Shown here in pieces: positions 1 through 15,790 of a DNA stretch of 64,000 nt. The DNA is from the human T2T-CHM13v2.0 reference genome, Homo sapiens, in assembly GCF_009914755.1 (NCBI RefSeq), contig NC_060932.1. One strand, written 5' to 3'. Under the pieces are notes generated by a model, which did no database searches, had not been told where the DNA came from, and saw only the letters and a list, made by a program, of their open reading frames with translations. The stretch's first letter is position 1. Each line of letters begins with the position of its first letter. The position numbers and the translations under genes were made by a program.

Positions 1-480
1 GGAATTCAAAAGAAAGAGCCGTGTTCTGTAGTTAGAAAAAAGGCAAATGACATTTCAAAACCCCCAAAATAAAGGAAAAAGGTCATGAAAGCCTTTTCAA
101 AAAACGGGAAATCAAATGGAGAAATTAGCCACTAAGAAAAAAGAAATAGACCATCATGGGCTATCTAACTGGTAGCACTGATTGCCAGAAGACAATGGGG
201 AAATTGTATTACTTAAGGAAAATTATATGAGACTGAAATATTAGACAGTCAAGCTAACATTCAACCAGGAAGGAATAATAAAGACTATTTCAGATTTCTG
301 AAGACTCAGAAAGTTACCCAATCACAGAGCATCTATAAAAGAAATATTTAGGATACACTCCAGCAAAAATAGAAACAGGAAAAAGAGAATAATTTAGGCT
401 TAAGCAAAAAATGGTAACAAATAAACCAGTAAAACCTATAGTTAGGTCTAAATAATTATTGATGCATAGTGAAAATATAA
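1..480 (+). mobile_element. Ancient L1/HAL1-type ORF1 3' fragment
   Basis: GCCAGAAGACAATGG...AATAAAGACTATTTCAGA...CTCAGAAAGTT resembles the degenerate ORF1 C-terminal coding region of old L1M/HAL1. No open frame. Confidence 0.45.
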
Positions 481-1459
481 ATATTCTGAACAAAAATAAA
501 TAACCCTGGGAATAGGTTAGTCTGTAGAAATCATTGAGAAGAGCCTAGAGAAGAGGGAATAGTTGACTCCAAAGAATGGAAATGCTTGGAACATTCCCAA
601 GCGTGGAGGTAAGTGAATCCCTTCTAGGAGAAAGCAGACCTGAAGCTACATAGAAAGATGCCGTGCTAAGGAATTTGGATGTCAAATTTGCACCTGCAGG
701 TTTAGTGTCTCCATTTATGGCACCTCTGAACCATAGTTTTGTTGACCCAAGCCTTAACCAAAGCCTTGTTAAAAATCATAGTTGTGGTCTCAGTTTTGCT
801 GAAGGGAGTTAGGAATTACCTTCTGCCCTCTACATGGCTAACAAAGAGTGAGAAAGGCAGAGAGAGAAAGAGAGACAAAATCGGCCATATTACAAGCTTC
901 AGAAGCAACATATTAAGTTGAAGGGACCAGAAAGACATATCTGAGAAATTTGTTGCAGGACACACACTAAATTTCAGACATTACCAGCTATAAAGAGGGG
1001 CTAATTTCCAGCAACTTGGTGGGGAATTATACTGAAAAAAAAGTTACTATAAGGAAGTCGAACCTATTTTGTGGCCACATACTGGTAACCTTTATGGGCT
1101 ACAGGAAGAAATTTTATCCTAGTCCTAGCTTAATTATTCAGGAAGCCACAAATGCCACTGAGAACATAAGATGCTCTCAGAAAAATGAAACTATAATTTC
1201 TGCATTCTGTGGCTCAATTAGAGACACCATTAAGTCAGGTGAAAGCAGATTCTTATCAATCTGAAGCTGCCATGAGACCCCAAGCATCCCTACTTTCTTG
1301 GACCTACATAAATCTAATTACATGCTGACAACATGGGTAACACAAGACTCCCCACTGCCCATCAAAGAAAGGACATGTTGAAATTCTGCTCAGATTACAA
1401 TCTCAGTTACAGGGCAAAGAGCTAAAACCTAGAGAAATTAAGAATCATTGGGCTCTTAG

Positions 1460-1550
1460 CAATCATGTAGCCTAACCACGTGTTCTTCCACTGAAGAAAG
1501 TGAAGCTCAGAGGATTACAGTGATTTTCCTAAGGACTGACATCTAGAAAG
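1460..1550 (-). mobile_element. MIR fragment
   Basis: GAAAGTGAAGCTCAGAGGATTACAGTGATTTTCCTAAGG is the reverse MIR core. Confidence 0.55.
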
Positions 1551-1739
1551 TAAGAAGTAATAAATAACAATTAAAATGTTTAGCTTACTGTATTATTAAA
1601 TCTGTAAAAAAAAAAAAAAAGAATATGTAATCCCATGTCACCCAAGCAAACAAAAATCAAATGATTTCCCCATCTGCTGTCTTTTTTTTTTTTCCATTTT
1701 TAGGTTTTTGTTTTATCTTCTTTGTTGGATTTTTTAAGC

Positions 1740-2990
1740 CATAATATTTTGTATAATTATTAGTGATTTCTCTAGAGATTACAATATGCACCCTTAAACA
1801 CATTTTATCATGAATACTATACCACCTCATGTATAATCTGATAATCTTTACACAGTGAATTCCCATTCCCCACTTTTCACTATTATTACTAGACATTTTA
1901 CTTCTCCCTAAGTTAGAAACTCCACAATACACTGTTACCAATATCTGCTGTAAACAGCCAATTATTTTTCAAATAAATTGAGAAATGAGAACATTCATTA
2001 ATGTGTACCCACATATTTACCATTCTGATTTCACTTCACCCATTCATGTAGGTCCAAATATCCTCTTGTATTATTTTCCTTCAGCCTGAGAGCTTCTTTA
2101 AACATTTTTTGCAGCGTAAGCCTCTGGTGACAAGTTCTCTCAGCTTTTGTTTATTTGAAAACATTTTTATTTTACCTCCAATTTTAAAAAAAAAAGTTTG
2201 ATGAACATAGAACACAAGACATTTTTTCTTTTTTTTTTAATTTTTTTTTATTATTATCTAAGTTTTAGGGTACATGTGCACATTGTAAGACATTTTTTCT
2301 TCTTTCAGCATTTTAAAGTGTCATTCCATGGCTTTTTGGCTTGCATTATTTCTGACAAGTCAAAGGGATTTTTAACATTGACCCTCTATAGGAAATACAT
2401 CTTTTTTCCCTCTAGCTGCTATTTTCTTGTTATCCTTGGTTTTCATATGTTTTACTGATTTCATGTGTGTACCTACTTATGGCATTTTTGTGTTTACACT
2501 GATTAGGGTTGCTATTTTTCTTTAAATTTGGAAGTTTTTAAGTCATTATTTTCTCAATTTTTTCCTGAATAATCTCTGTCTTCTGTCCTTCTGAGATAAA
2601 ATTCTACAAATGTTATGACACCTGATGTTGTCTCACTTGATGTTGGTTCAGTTCACTTCAATTTATATTGTTTTTCCCTCAGTGCTTCAAGTTCTACTGT
2701 CTTATCTTCATTATCACTGGAATTTCCTTATAAAGGCTAATCTTCTGATAAGCCCATCAGTGAAACTTTTATTTCAGATACTGTATTTTTTAATTCTAAA
2801 ACTGAAAATCCCTACGTGGTTTGTTTTTACTTCTACTGAGATTCCTCATTGTGTGAATGTTTTTCTTTATATCCTTGAACATAATTATATTCATTATCTA
2901 GAAGTTTTTGTTTACTAATTCCTTCATCTATCATTTCTAAGTCTGTTTCTATTGAGTTATTTTTCCTGATTATGGGTAACACATTGCTAT
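1740..2990 (-). mobile_element. Old L1M (ORF1/inter-ORF region), interrupted by the young L1 at 2231-2286
   Basis: T-rich sequence with typical reverse L1M motifs (TCTCTCAGCTTTTGTTTATTTGAAAAC, CAGCATTTTAAAGTGTCATTCCATGG, AAATTTGGAAGTTTTTAAGTCATTATTT). Confidence 0.65.
2231..2286 (-). mobile_element. Extremely 5'-truncated young L1 (L1HS/L1PA2-like 3' end plus poly-A)
   Basis: Reverse complement reads ACAATGTGCACATGTACCCTAAAACTTAGATAATAATAAAAAAAAATTAAAAAAAA. Perfect TSD AAGACATTTTTTCTT at 2216-2230 and 2287-2301. Confidence 0.88.
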
Positions 2991-3246
2991 TTTTTTAAAG
3001 TACAGATTGGACAAATTGAAAACAACTAGAAAAATGATAGACAAACCTAACCATAGCAAGAATTACATTAAAATAAACAGAACAAAGTCTCCACTTGAAC
3101 TTAGAATATAGAAATTTACAAGAGAATATCTCTCCCTTACAATGAAAAAAAATCAAACAATTCACAAAATCATATATTTTATTCAACCCATCAGGGAACT
3201 GAGGTCATAATGCAACTTTTAAATTCCAAAGGCTTAGAAGGCCCTC

Positions 3247-3568
3247 TGTGATGGATGATATTGAGTGTCAACTGGATTGGATTGAAGGATGCAAAGTATT
3301 GTTCCTGGGTGTGTCTATGAGGATGTTGCCAAAGGAGATTAACATTTGAGTCAGTGGGCTGGGGAAGGCAGACCCACCCTTAATCTGGTAGGCACAATCT
3401 AATCAGCTGCCAGTGAATATAAAACAGGCAGAAAAGCATGAAGAAGCAAGACTGGCCTAGCCTCCCAGCCTACATCTTTCTCCTGTGCCAGAGGCTTCCT
3501 GCCTTCAAACATCAGGTTCCAAGTTCTTCAGTTTGAGACTTGGACTGGCCCTCCTTACTTCACAAGCA
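3247..3568 (+). mobile_element. MLT2A (probably MLT2A2) ERVL LTR, 3'-truncated
   Basis: Starts TGTGATGG. Contains GGATTGAAGGATGCAAAGTATTG, GAGATTAACATTTGAGTCAGTGGGCTGGG and CTAGCCTCCCAGCCTACATCTTTCTCC. Confidence 0.85.
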
Positions 3569-3574
3569 ACTGGT

Positions 3575-4490
<916 letters not shown>

Positions 4491-4676
4491 ATTAATTCAT
4501 TATAGAAATATACATGTATTTTTATGTGCATAATATATTTAAATATTGTTTCATGTATTAACAATACAATAATGTATAACATTATACACACATTTTTATC
4601 TTTTATATTGAAAGATACTGCTGACTATATATCTCCTTGTCTTTCATCTTCAACTCAATATAAATAAGATCTCTAT

Positions 4677-5712
4677 CGAGGGTCAGCCAAGATGGCTGAA
4701 TAGGAACAGCTCTGGTCTACAGCTCCCAGCGTGAGCAACACAGAAGACGGGTGATTTCTACATTTCCATCTGAGGTACCGGGTTCATCTCACTAGGGAGT
4801 GCTAGACAGTGGGTGCAGGACAGTGGGTGCACTGCACCATGCACGAGCCAAAGCAGGGCGAGGCGTTGCCTCACTCGGGAAGTGCAAGGGGTCAGGGAGT
4901 TCCCTTTCCTAGTCAAAGAAAGGGGTGACAGATGGCACCTGGAAAATTCGGTCACTCCTACCCTAATACTGCGCTGTTGTGACGGGCTTAAAAGACGGCA
5001 CACCAGGAGATTATATCCCGCACATGGCTCGGAGGGTCCTACACCCACGGAGTCTTGCTGATTGCTAGCACAGCAGTCTGAGATCAAACTGCAAGGCGGC
5101 AGCGAGGCTAGGGGAGGGGCGCCCGCCATTGCCCAGGCTTGCTTAGGTAAACAAAGCAGCTGGGAAGCTCGAACTGGGTGGAGCCCACCACAGCTCAAGG
5201 GGGCCTGCCTGCCTCTCTAGGCTCCACCTCTGGGGGCAGGGCACAGACAAACAAAAAGATAGCAGTAACCTCTGCAGACTTAAATGTCCCTGTCTGACAG
5301 CTTTGAAGAGAGCAGTGGTTCTCCCAGCACACAACTGGAGATCTGATAACGGGCAGACTGCCTCCTCAAGTGGGTCCCTGACCCCTGACCCCCGAGTAGC
5401 CTAACTGGGAGGCATCCCCCAGTAGGGGCAGACTGACACCTCACACAGCCAGGCACTCCTCTGAGACAAAACTTCCAGAGGAACGATCAGACAGCAGCAC
5501 TTGTGGTTCACAAAAATCTGCTGTTCTGCAGCCACCGCTGCTGATACCCAGGCAAACAGAGTCTGGAGTGGACCTCTAGCAAACTCCAACAGACCTGCAG
5601 CTGAGGGTCCTGTCTGTTAGAAGGAAAACTAACAAACAGAAAGGACATCCACACCAAAAACCCACCTGTACATCACCATCATCAAAGACCGAAAGTAGAT
5701 AAAATCACAAAG
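4677..5712 (+). promoter_or_regulatory. L1 5'UTR internal sense promoter and antisense promoter
   Basis: YY1 motif CAAGATGGC at 4688-4696. Canonical L1PA 5'UTR with partial CpG decay. Confidence 0.8.
4758..5129 (-). CDS. L1 antisense ORF0, open, 123 aa (MAGAPPLASLPPCSLISDCCASNQQDSVGVGPSEP...)
   Basis: ATG at 5129-5127, inside the track ORF 4758..5198. The N-terminus matches the primate L1 ORF0 peptide. Expression is unproven. Confidence 0.6.
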   Translation of the reverse strand: MAGAPPLASLPPCSLISDCCASNQQDSVGVGPSEPCAGYNLLVCRLLSPSQQRSIRVGVTEFSRCHLSPLSLTRKGNSLTPCTSRVRQRLALLWLVHGAVHPLSCTHCLALPSEMNPVPQMEM

Positions 5713-6729
5713 ATGGGGAAAAAACAGAGCAGAAAACCTGGAAACTCTAAAAAGCAGAGTGCCTCCCCTCCTCCAAAGGAATGCAGTTCCTCACCAGCAA
5801 CGGAACAAAGCTGGATGGAGAATGACTTTGACGAGCTGAGAGAAGAAGGCTTCAGATGATCAAACTACTCCAAGCTACAGGAGGAAATTCAAACTAAAGG
5901 CAAAGAAGTTTAAAACTTTGAAAAAAATTTAGAAGAATGTATAACTAGAATAATCAATAAGAGAAGTGCTTAAAGGAGCTGATGGAGCTGAGAGCCAAGG
6001 CTCCAGAACTATGTGAAGAATGCAGAAGCCTCAGGAGCCGATGCGATCAACTGGAAGAAAGGGTATCAGTGATGGAAGATGAAATGAATGAAATGAAGCG
6101 AGAAGGGAAGTTTAGAGAAAAAAGAATAAAAAGAAATGAACAAAGCCTCCAAGAAATATGGGACTCTGTGAAAAGACCAAATCTACATCCTGATTGGTGT
6201 ACCTGAAAGTGACGGACAGAATGGAACCAAGTTGGAAAACACTCTGCAGGATATTATCCAGGAGAACTTCCCCAATCTAGCAAGGCAGGCCAACATTCAG
6301 ATTCAGGAAATACAGAGAACGCCACAAAGATACTCCTCGAGAAGAGCAACTCCAAGACACATAATTGTCAGATTCACCAAAGTTGAAATGAAGGAAAAAA
6401 TGTTAAGGGCAGCCAGAGAGAAAGGTCGGGTTACCCACAAAGGGAAGCCCATCAGACTACCAGCAGATCTCTTGGTAGAAACTCTACAAGCCAGAAGAGA
6501 GTGGGGGCCAATATTCAACATTCTTAAAGAAAAGAATTTTCAACCCAGAATTTCATATCCAGCCAAACTAAGCTTCATAAGTGAAGGAGAAATAAAATAC
6601 TTTACAGACAAGCAAATGCTGAGAGATTTTGTCACCACCAGGCCTGCCCTACAAGAGCTCCTGAAGGAAGCACTAAACATGGAAAGGAACAACCGGTACC
6701 AGACACTGCAAAATCATGCCAAATTGTAA
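5713..6729 (+). pseudogene. L1 ORF1p (RNA-binding/chaperone), inactivated
   Basis: ATG at 5713, 1017-nt span. In-frame TGA at 5857 and TAA at 5911, a -1 frameshift near 5960 and a +1 near 6190. The C-terminal half is open (6232-6729: RRATPRHIIVRF, YPAKLSF). Confidence 0.93.
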
Positions 6730-6792
6730 AGACCATCGAGGCTAGGAAGAAACTGCATCAACTAACCAGCAAAATAACCAGCTAACATCATA

Positions 6793-10615
<3,823 letters not shown>

Positions 10616-10857
10616 ACAATGAGAACACATGGACACAGGAAGGGGAACATCACACTCGGGGGACTGTTGTGGGGTGGGGGGAGGGGGGAGGGATAGCATT
10701 AGGAGATATACCTAATGCTAAATGACGAGTTAATGGGTGCACCACACCAACATGGCACATGCATACATATGTAACTCACCTACACATTGTGCACATGTAC
10801 CCTAAAACTTAAAGTATAATAATAATAAAATTTAAAAAAAATAAGATCTCTATTATG

Positions 10858-11370
10858 AACTCAACAAATATTTAATATTCACTAGGTGTGTGGCACTGTT
10901 CATGGTTCTGAAGTTCCTGAACAAAGAAGTCTGAAAAGTTTGTTTCAAGATTAAGAAATAAGTCTATAAATAAGCAGTAACATAATAAATCATAATACAT
11001 AGTGTGGGGAAAAGTAAGAGGCAGATGAGACAGAGAGTCACTCGATGGCTGCTTTAGAGGGGAAAGTTGGAAAAGTCATTCTGCAGAAATAGCAACTAAG
11101 CTAAGACCCAACAAGCTAATGATGTAATTGTCAAAGGAAGAGAATACTCAGCAGAGGATATTGCTAGCTGAAATATCTTAAAGTAAGAAAAATAAGCTTA
11201 CCCTGGTGTAGTAACTCAGACATTGCAGTGTGCTAGATCATAGGGGTTACGGGAAAACTGGATACTGGGCAATATAAAAGGTGTCAGCCCAGGTGGTGGT
11301 TTGAACTAGGATGATAGCAACAGAGACTGTGTTAACTAATTGAGTTCAGGTTAGGACTTGGTGGAACTGA
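10858..11370 (-). mobile_element. L2 3' fragment
   Basis: Begins CTCAACAAATATTTA...GGCACTGTT, the reverse L2 terminus. Confidence 0.55.
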
Positions 11371-11877
11371 GAAAGAGAGGTCTAAGGCTTTTATATTGAC
11401 TGAGTCATCCATGCCTTTTGAAAGTCTTTTCTACGTCTTCCCGGAAAGAAGATGGTTTGCAAACCTATGGAATCTTTATGTGTTTATTTGGTAAATATCT
11501 TTGTCTAAGTCGTCATTTGAAATTCCATGTAGCTGCCTTTCATGAGCACTAAAAGCTCACTAGAAAAACTCCAGATATAGCATATAGTTTTTAAATAAAG
11601 CAGATTCTTTTCTTCTTGCCTCTGAAACTGGGACATCATGCCCTAGGTTTGTGTGCCAGGTCAATGGCATCAAAAGTAAAACAGTAAAGGTAAGTCCAGC
11701 CTAATGAAAGTAAAGCAAGATAAAAGCAGAACACTGCAGAGGCTCAATTTTTCCAGTAGCACTAAAATATAAACGATTTTGTGTAAGTGATCGTTCCAGC
11801 TCTAATTGAACTACACAACCAGAAGTCTCAAAGAAAGCAGCTCTATTTAGGTTAGACTTACTTGACTGTCTTATTTA

Positions 11878-12082
11878 ACAGAGCATGGGTTTTGGAGTCA
11901 TTTGATGTAAACATGAATGCTATCTCTTCTTTATGTGTCCATCAACACTCAATTTCTCTAAACCTCTATTTCCTCACTTACAAAGAAAATAATCTACTTT
12001 ATGCATTGGTTGTAAGAAATAAGCTAGTTTGTAAATAACCTGTCATAAAATGTAAATACTCTGTGATGGCCAGTTACTATTT
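11878..12082 (+). mobile_element. MIR
   Basis: AGAGCATGGGTTTTGGAGTC...CTCTATTTCCTCACTTACAAAG. Confidence 0.6.
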
Positions 12083-12247
12083 TGTAATGTCTTCTCTAGA
12101 GTAAAAATGTGCTATCAAGTTGTAGGCAATATAAATAATTCAGCTAGAATATTATGCAATGGAGAATTTTTTCAACAGCTAGTAGGCTAAAGTAAATCAC
12201 AGAAAAGCCCCCTACCAAAAGTTCTCTTGGTTGGAAAAACCCATACT

Positions 12248-12603
12248 TTCTATGGTTTGAACATTTATGTTTCCCCAAAATTCATATACTGAATTTCTAA
12301 CTCCCACGCTATTAAGAGGTGGGGCCTTTTGGAAGGTGATTAGGTCACAATGGTGGAGCATTCATGAATAAAATTAGTGCCCTTATAAGAGAGACCCGAG
12401 AGAAAACTATCCCTTTCCACCATGTGAGAACACAAGAAGAAGATATCATCTATGAAGCAGGAAATGGGCCCCCCAGCAGACAATGAATCTGTCAGTGTCT
12501 TCATCTTGGACTTCCCAGCCTCTAGAACTGTGGGAAATACCTGTTGTTTATAAGCCACCCAGTTTAAGGTCATTTGTCATAGCAGCCCAATCCAACTAAG
12601 ATA
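12248..12603 (+). mobile_element. MLT1A0-type MaLR solo LTR
   Basis: TATGGTTTGAA...GGTGGGGCCTTT...CTTGGACTTCCCAGCCTCTAGAACTGTG...ATAGCAGCCC. Confidence 0.88.
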
Positions 12604-12925
12604 GCATCCTAATAAGAATAGTGACTGTCTCATTTACTATTATGCATAAGGGTTGCTGATGACTTAGTATTAACGTTTCCAGAAACTAAGACCACCTCCC
12701 AGAGAGAAGAGATGGTGGATTTGGGATATTTCCTACTATGTAGTTCTTCAACTTCTTTCTTCCCTTTTAATACTTCCTATAGTTGAGACACAACAAAAGC
12801 ATAAAATACTGATATGATAAATGTAATAGACTAACTGATCATAGAAGCAACAGGAGTAGGGGAGATGGAGAGAATAGTGATAGTGACACTGAATATATTG
12901 AATACAAGGCATGAGCTGCAAGCTA

Positions 12926-12980
12926 TTCGGTTGGTGCAAAAGTAATGGCAAAAGCCGAAATTATTTTTGTACCAACTTAA
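12926..12980. mobile_element. MADE1 (Hsmar1 MITE), internally deleted
   Basis: Terminal inverted repeats GGTTGGTGCAAAAGTAAT / ATTATTTTTGTACCAACT, flanked by TA. Inserted in a MIR. Confidence 0.8.
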
Positions 12981-12982
12981 TA

Positions 12983-13145
12983 TATCATTTTAATCCTTCC
13001 ACCAAATCCTTGAGGAGGAGCCCATTTCCCATATTGCACACTGGGGTTAGATAGTGTGTCCAAGGTCATACAGCTGTGAGAAGGCAGAGCTGGGATTTGG
13101 ACCCAAATTTATCTGACTCCAAATTCATGTGATTTCCACTATATC
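12983..13145 (-). mobile_element. MIR
   Basis: CCAAGGTCATACAGCTG...GGCAGAGCTGGGATTTGGACCCA...CTGACTCCAAA. Confidence 0.7.
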
Positions 13146-14277
13146 AAGACAAAAAACCAGCCATCCTGGGCAGTTTCACAGAAAGACAACCAGCAGCCTC
13201 AAGGGTGGGTGTGAATAAACAAAATTTAAGTGAATGTAAGATAACTATTTTGCATGAGCTGCTTTTTTTTTTGTTTTGTATTAGATAGTCCTTCCATTGC
13301 ATGTTATATGACCCAACACTGTCATCCCTGTTCTCCCTCCTGACCTGTCACCTGATCACTGAGCAACTCAGCCCTGGCTGTCCCCATAGAGGAGACCCTC
13401 AAGCACCCAGAACCGGGAACATTGGTTTCTCTTTTCCCCCACCCACCCCAAACCCACACCCAGTCTGGTTGAGGTCGGTAGACTTAGCAGTCTTACTCCA
13501 AACCTTTTTCTTCCTAGCTCTTCCCATGTGACCACTCAACTCTGACCTACAAACCAACAGCTCAGGCAGAGAGGCAGCTTCTCATAAAATGCAGAAAGAA
13601 GGATGACAACTTTTCCAAAGGAAATACTCAGTGGAAAAAGCACAAGAGCCCCAGGAGAGCAAAGGATGCTTTCTCTATCAAAACCCTAGAACATTGATTA
13701 ATGATATTCTAGGAGATGCAGTCACCTTGTGACATCTGAAATACTGTTGTGCATTTAGTTTGAACTGTGTAGAGACCTCAGCTCCCTCCTGAGACATATT
13801 TACTGCCCAATCTTCTTTCTAACAAAAGATTCACTTTCCAGAAAATCGTACCTCGTATTATTATCATTAGCTCATTTTAAAGTTATGCGGGGTTTGTCTA
13901 GAGGAAATTTAATTGGTGAGAGGCTACTCCAAGCCCCTTTAGACTCATACATCAAAGCTTTATCCAACAAGCACTCTTAGTCACAATATCATGTTAAGGG
14001 ATGAAAAAAGAAAGAAAACAATAATTTAGTGCTTTTAATAATTTCTAAAGATGATTCAATTCCAAAATTGTTATACTTCTAGAGAACAAGTTACAAATAA
14101 CATTGCCTCCTCCCCTGATAAAATCTTATATTTGAATCACCACTTTTCATTTTCCAAAGTGCTTTCATACCCATTGTATGATTTTATGTTCAAAACCATA
14201 AAATGGGGGGGGGCGAAATAATATTATCCCTGATTTAGATCAGAAAACTGAGACAAGAGCCACTATGTGATATTTCT

Positions 14278-14694
14278 TTATTTTTTTATTATACTTTAAG
14301 TTCTAGGGTACATGTGCACAACATGCAGGCTTGTTACATATGTATACATGTGCCATGTTGGTGTGCTGCACCCATTAACTCGTCATTTACATTAGGTATT
14401 ATCTCCTAATGCTATCCCTCCCCCCTCCCCCCCACCCCATGACAGGCCCCAGTGTGTGATGTTCCCCACCCTGTATCCAAGTGTTCTCATTGTTCATTTC
14501 CCACCTATGAGTGAGAACATGCAGTATTTCGTTTTCTGTCCTTATGATAGTTTGCTCAGAATAATGGTTTCCAGCTTCATCCATGTCTCTACAAAGGACA
14601 TGACCCCATCCTTTTTTATGGCTGCATAGTATTCCATGGTGTATACATGCCACAATTTCTTAATCCAGTCTATGTCTTTGCTATTGTGAATAGG
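14278..14694 (-). mobile_element. 5'-truncated L1PA5-like 3' end
   Basis: TTATACTTTAAGTTCTAGGGTACATGTGCAC... Perfect 17-bp TSD CACTATGTGATATTTCT at 14261-14277 and 14695-14711, with endonuclease site TTCT/AA. Inserted in a MIR. Confidence 0.92.
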
Positions 14695-14829
14695 CACTAT
14701 GTGATATTTCTAAATCCATTTGACTGGTTATTGGCAGAGCTAAGCTATTGTAACTTCTGAAATTATTTTCTCTTAGATTACTTATTATTCCCATCATTTT
14801 TATTTCCATTTATATAAAAGGGCACCACT

Positions 14830-15050
14830 CAGCATTTATTCAACACATATTTATTGAGCACCAATTATCTGATTGTTGAGGATTTAGGAGGAACGGATAT
14901 ATTGATGAAGACATATTTCTCCAGTTGCATGAAGCATACTTTCTAGTGAATAAAAAAAAAATAAAACAAAGAAAGGGAAGAAGAAAGTTCTAAGTGCTCT
15001 GACAAAGGTGACACGTGGGACAATCACTGGGGACTGTTTTCTCTCTGGGT
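14830..15050 (-). mobile_element. L2 3' fragment
   Basis: CATTTATTCAACACATATTTATTGAGCACC. Confidence 0.6.
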
Positions 15051-15324
15051 AGTCAAGGTACCAGCATCCTCACAGATTCCCGGGTTTGTAACCTCAAGTC
15101 TTTCCTCCCTTATCAATCACATCCTATTTGTTGTTGTGCCATATCCTGTCAGCGTATTTATAACTCCTTGATGTCTTATGTGTTCTCCTCTCCTCCAGTC
15201 CCACAATGGCTTCCCTGACTCCTTAGCCTCTGTCAGGTGGGCTTTCCAAAACTTACCCAGCTGGTCTTTTGATCTTCAGTCTCTCCTTTCCAGTGCACCT
15301 TGTCCATTCCTATTGACCTTTGTA

Positions 15325-15790
<466 letters not shown>

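Noticed and set aside
10655-10695. G-quadruplex-forming tract
   Set aside because: It is real but is the standard L1PA 3'UTR feature, so not novel.
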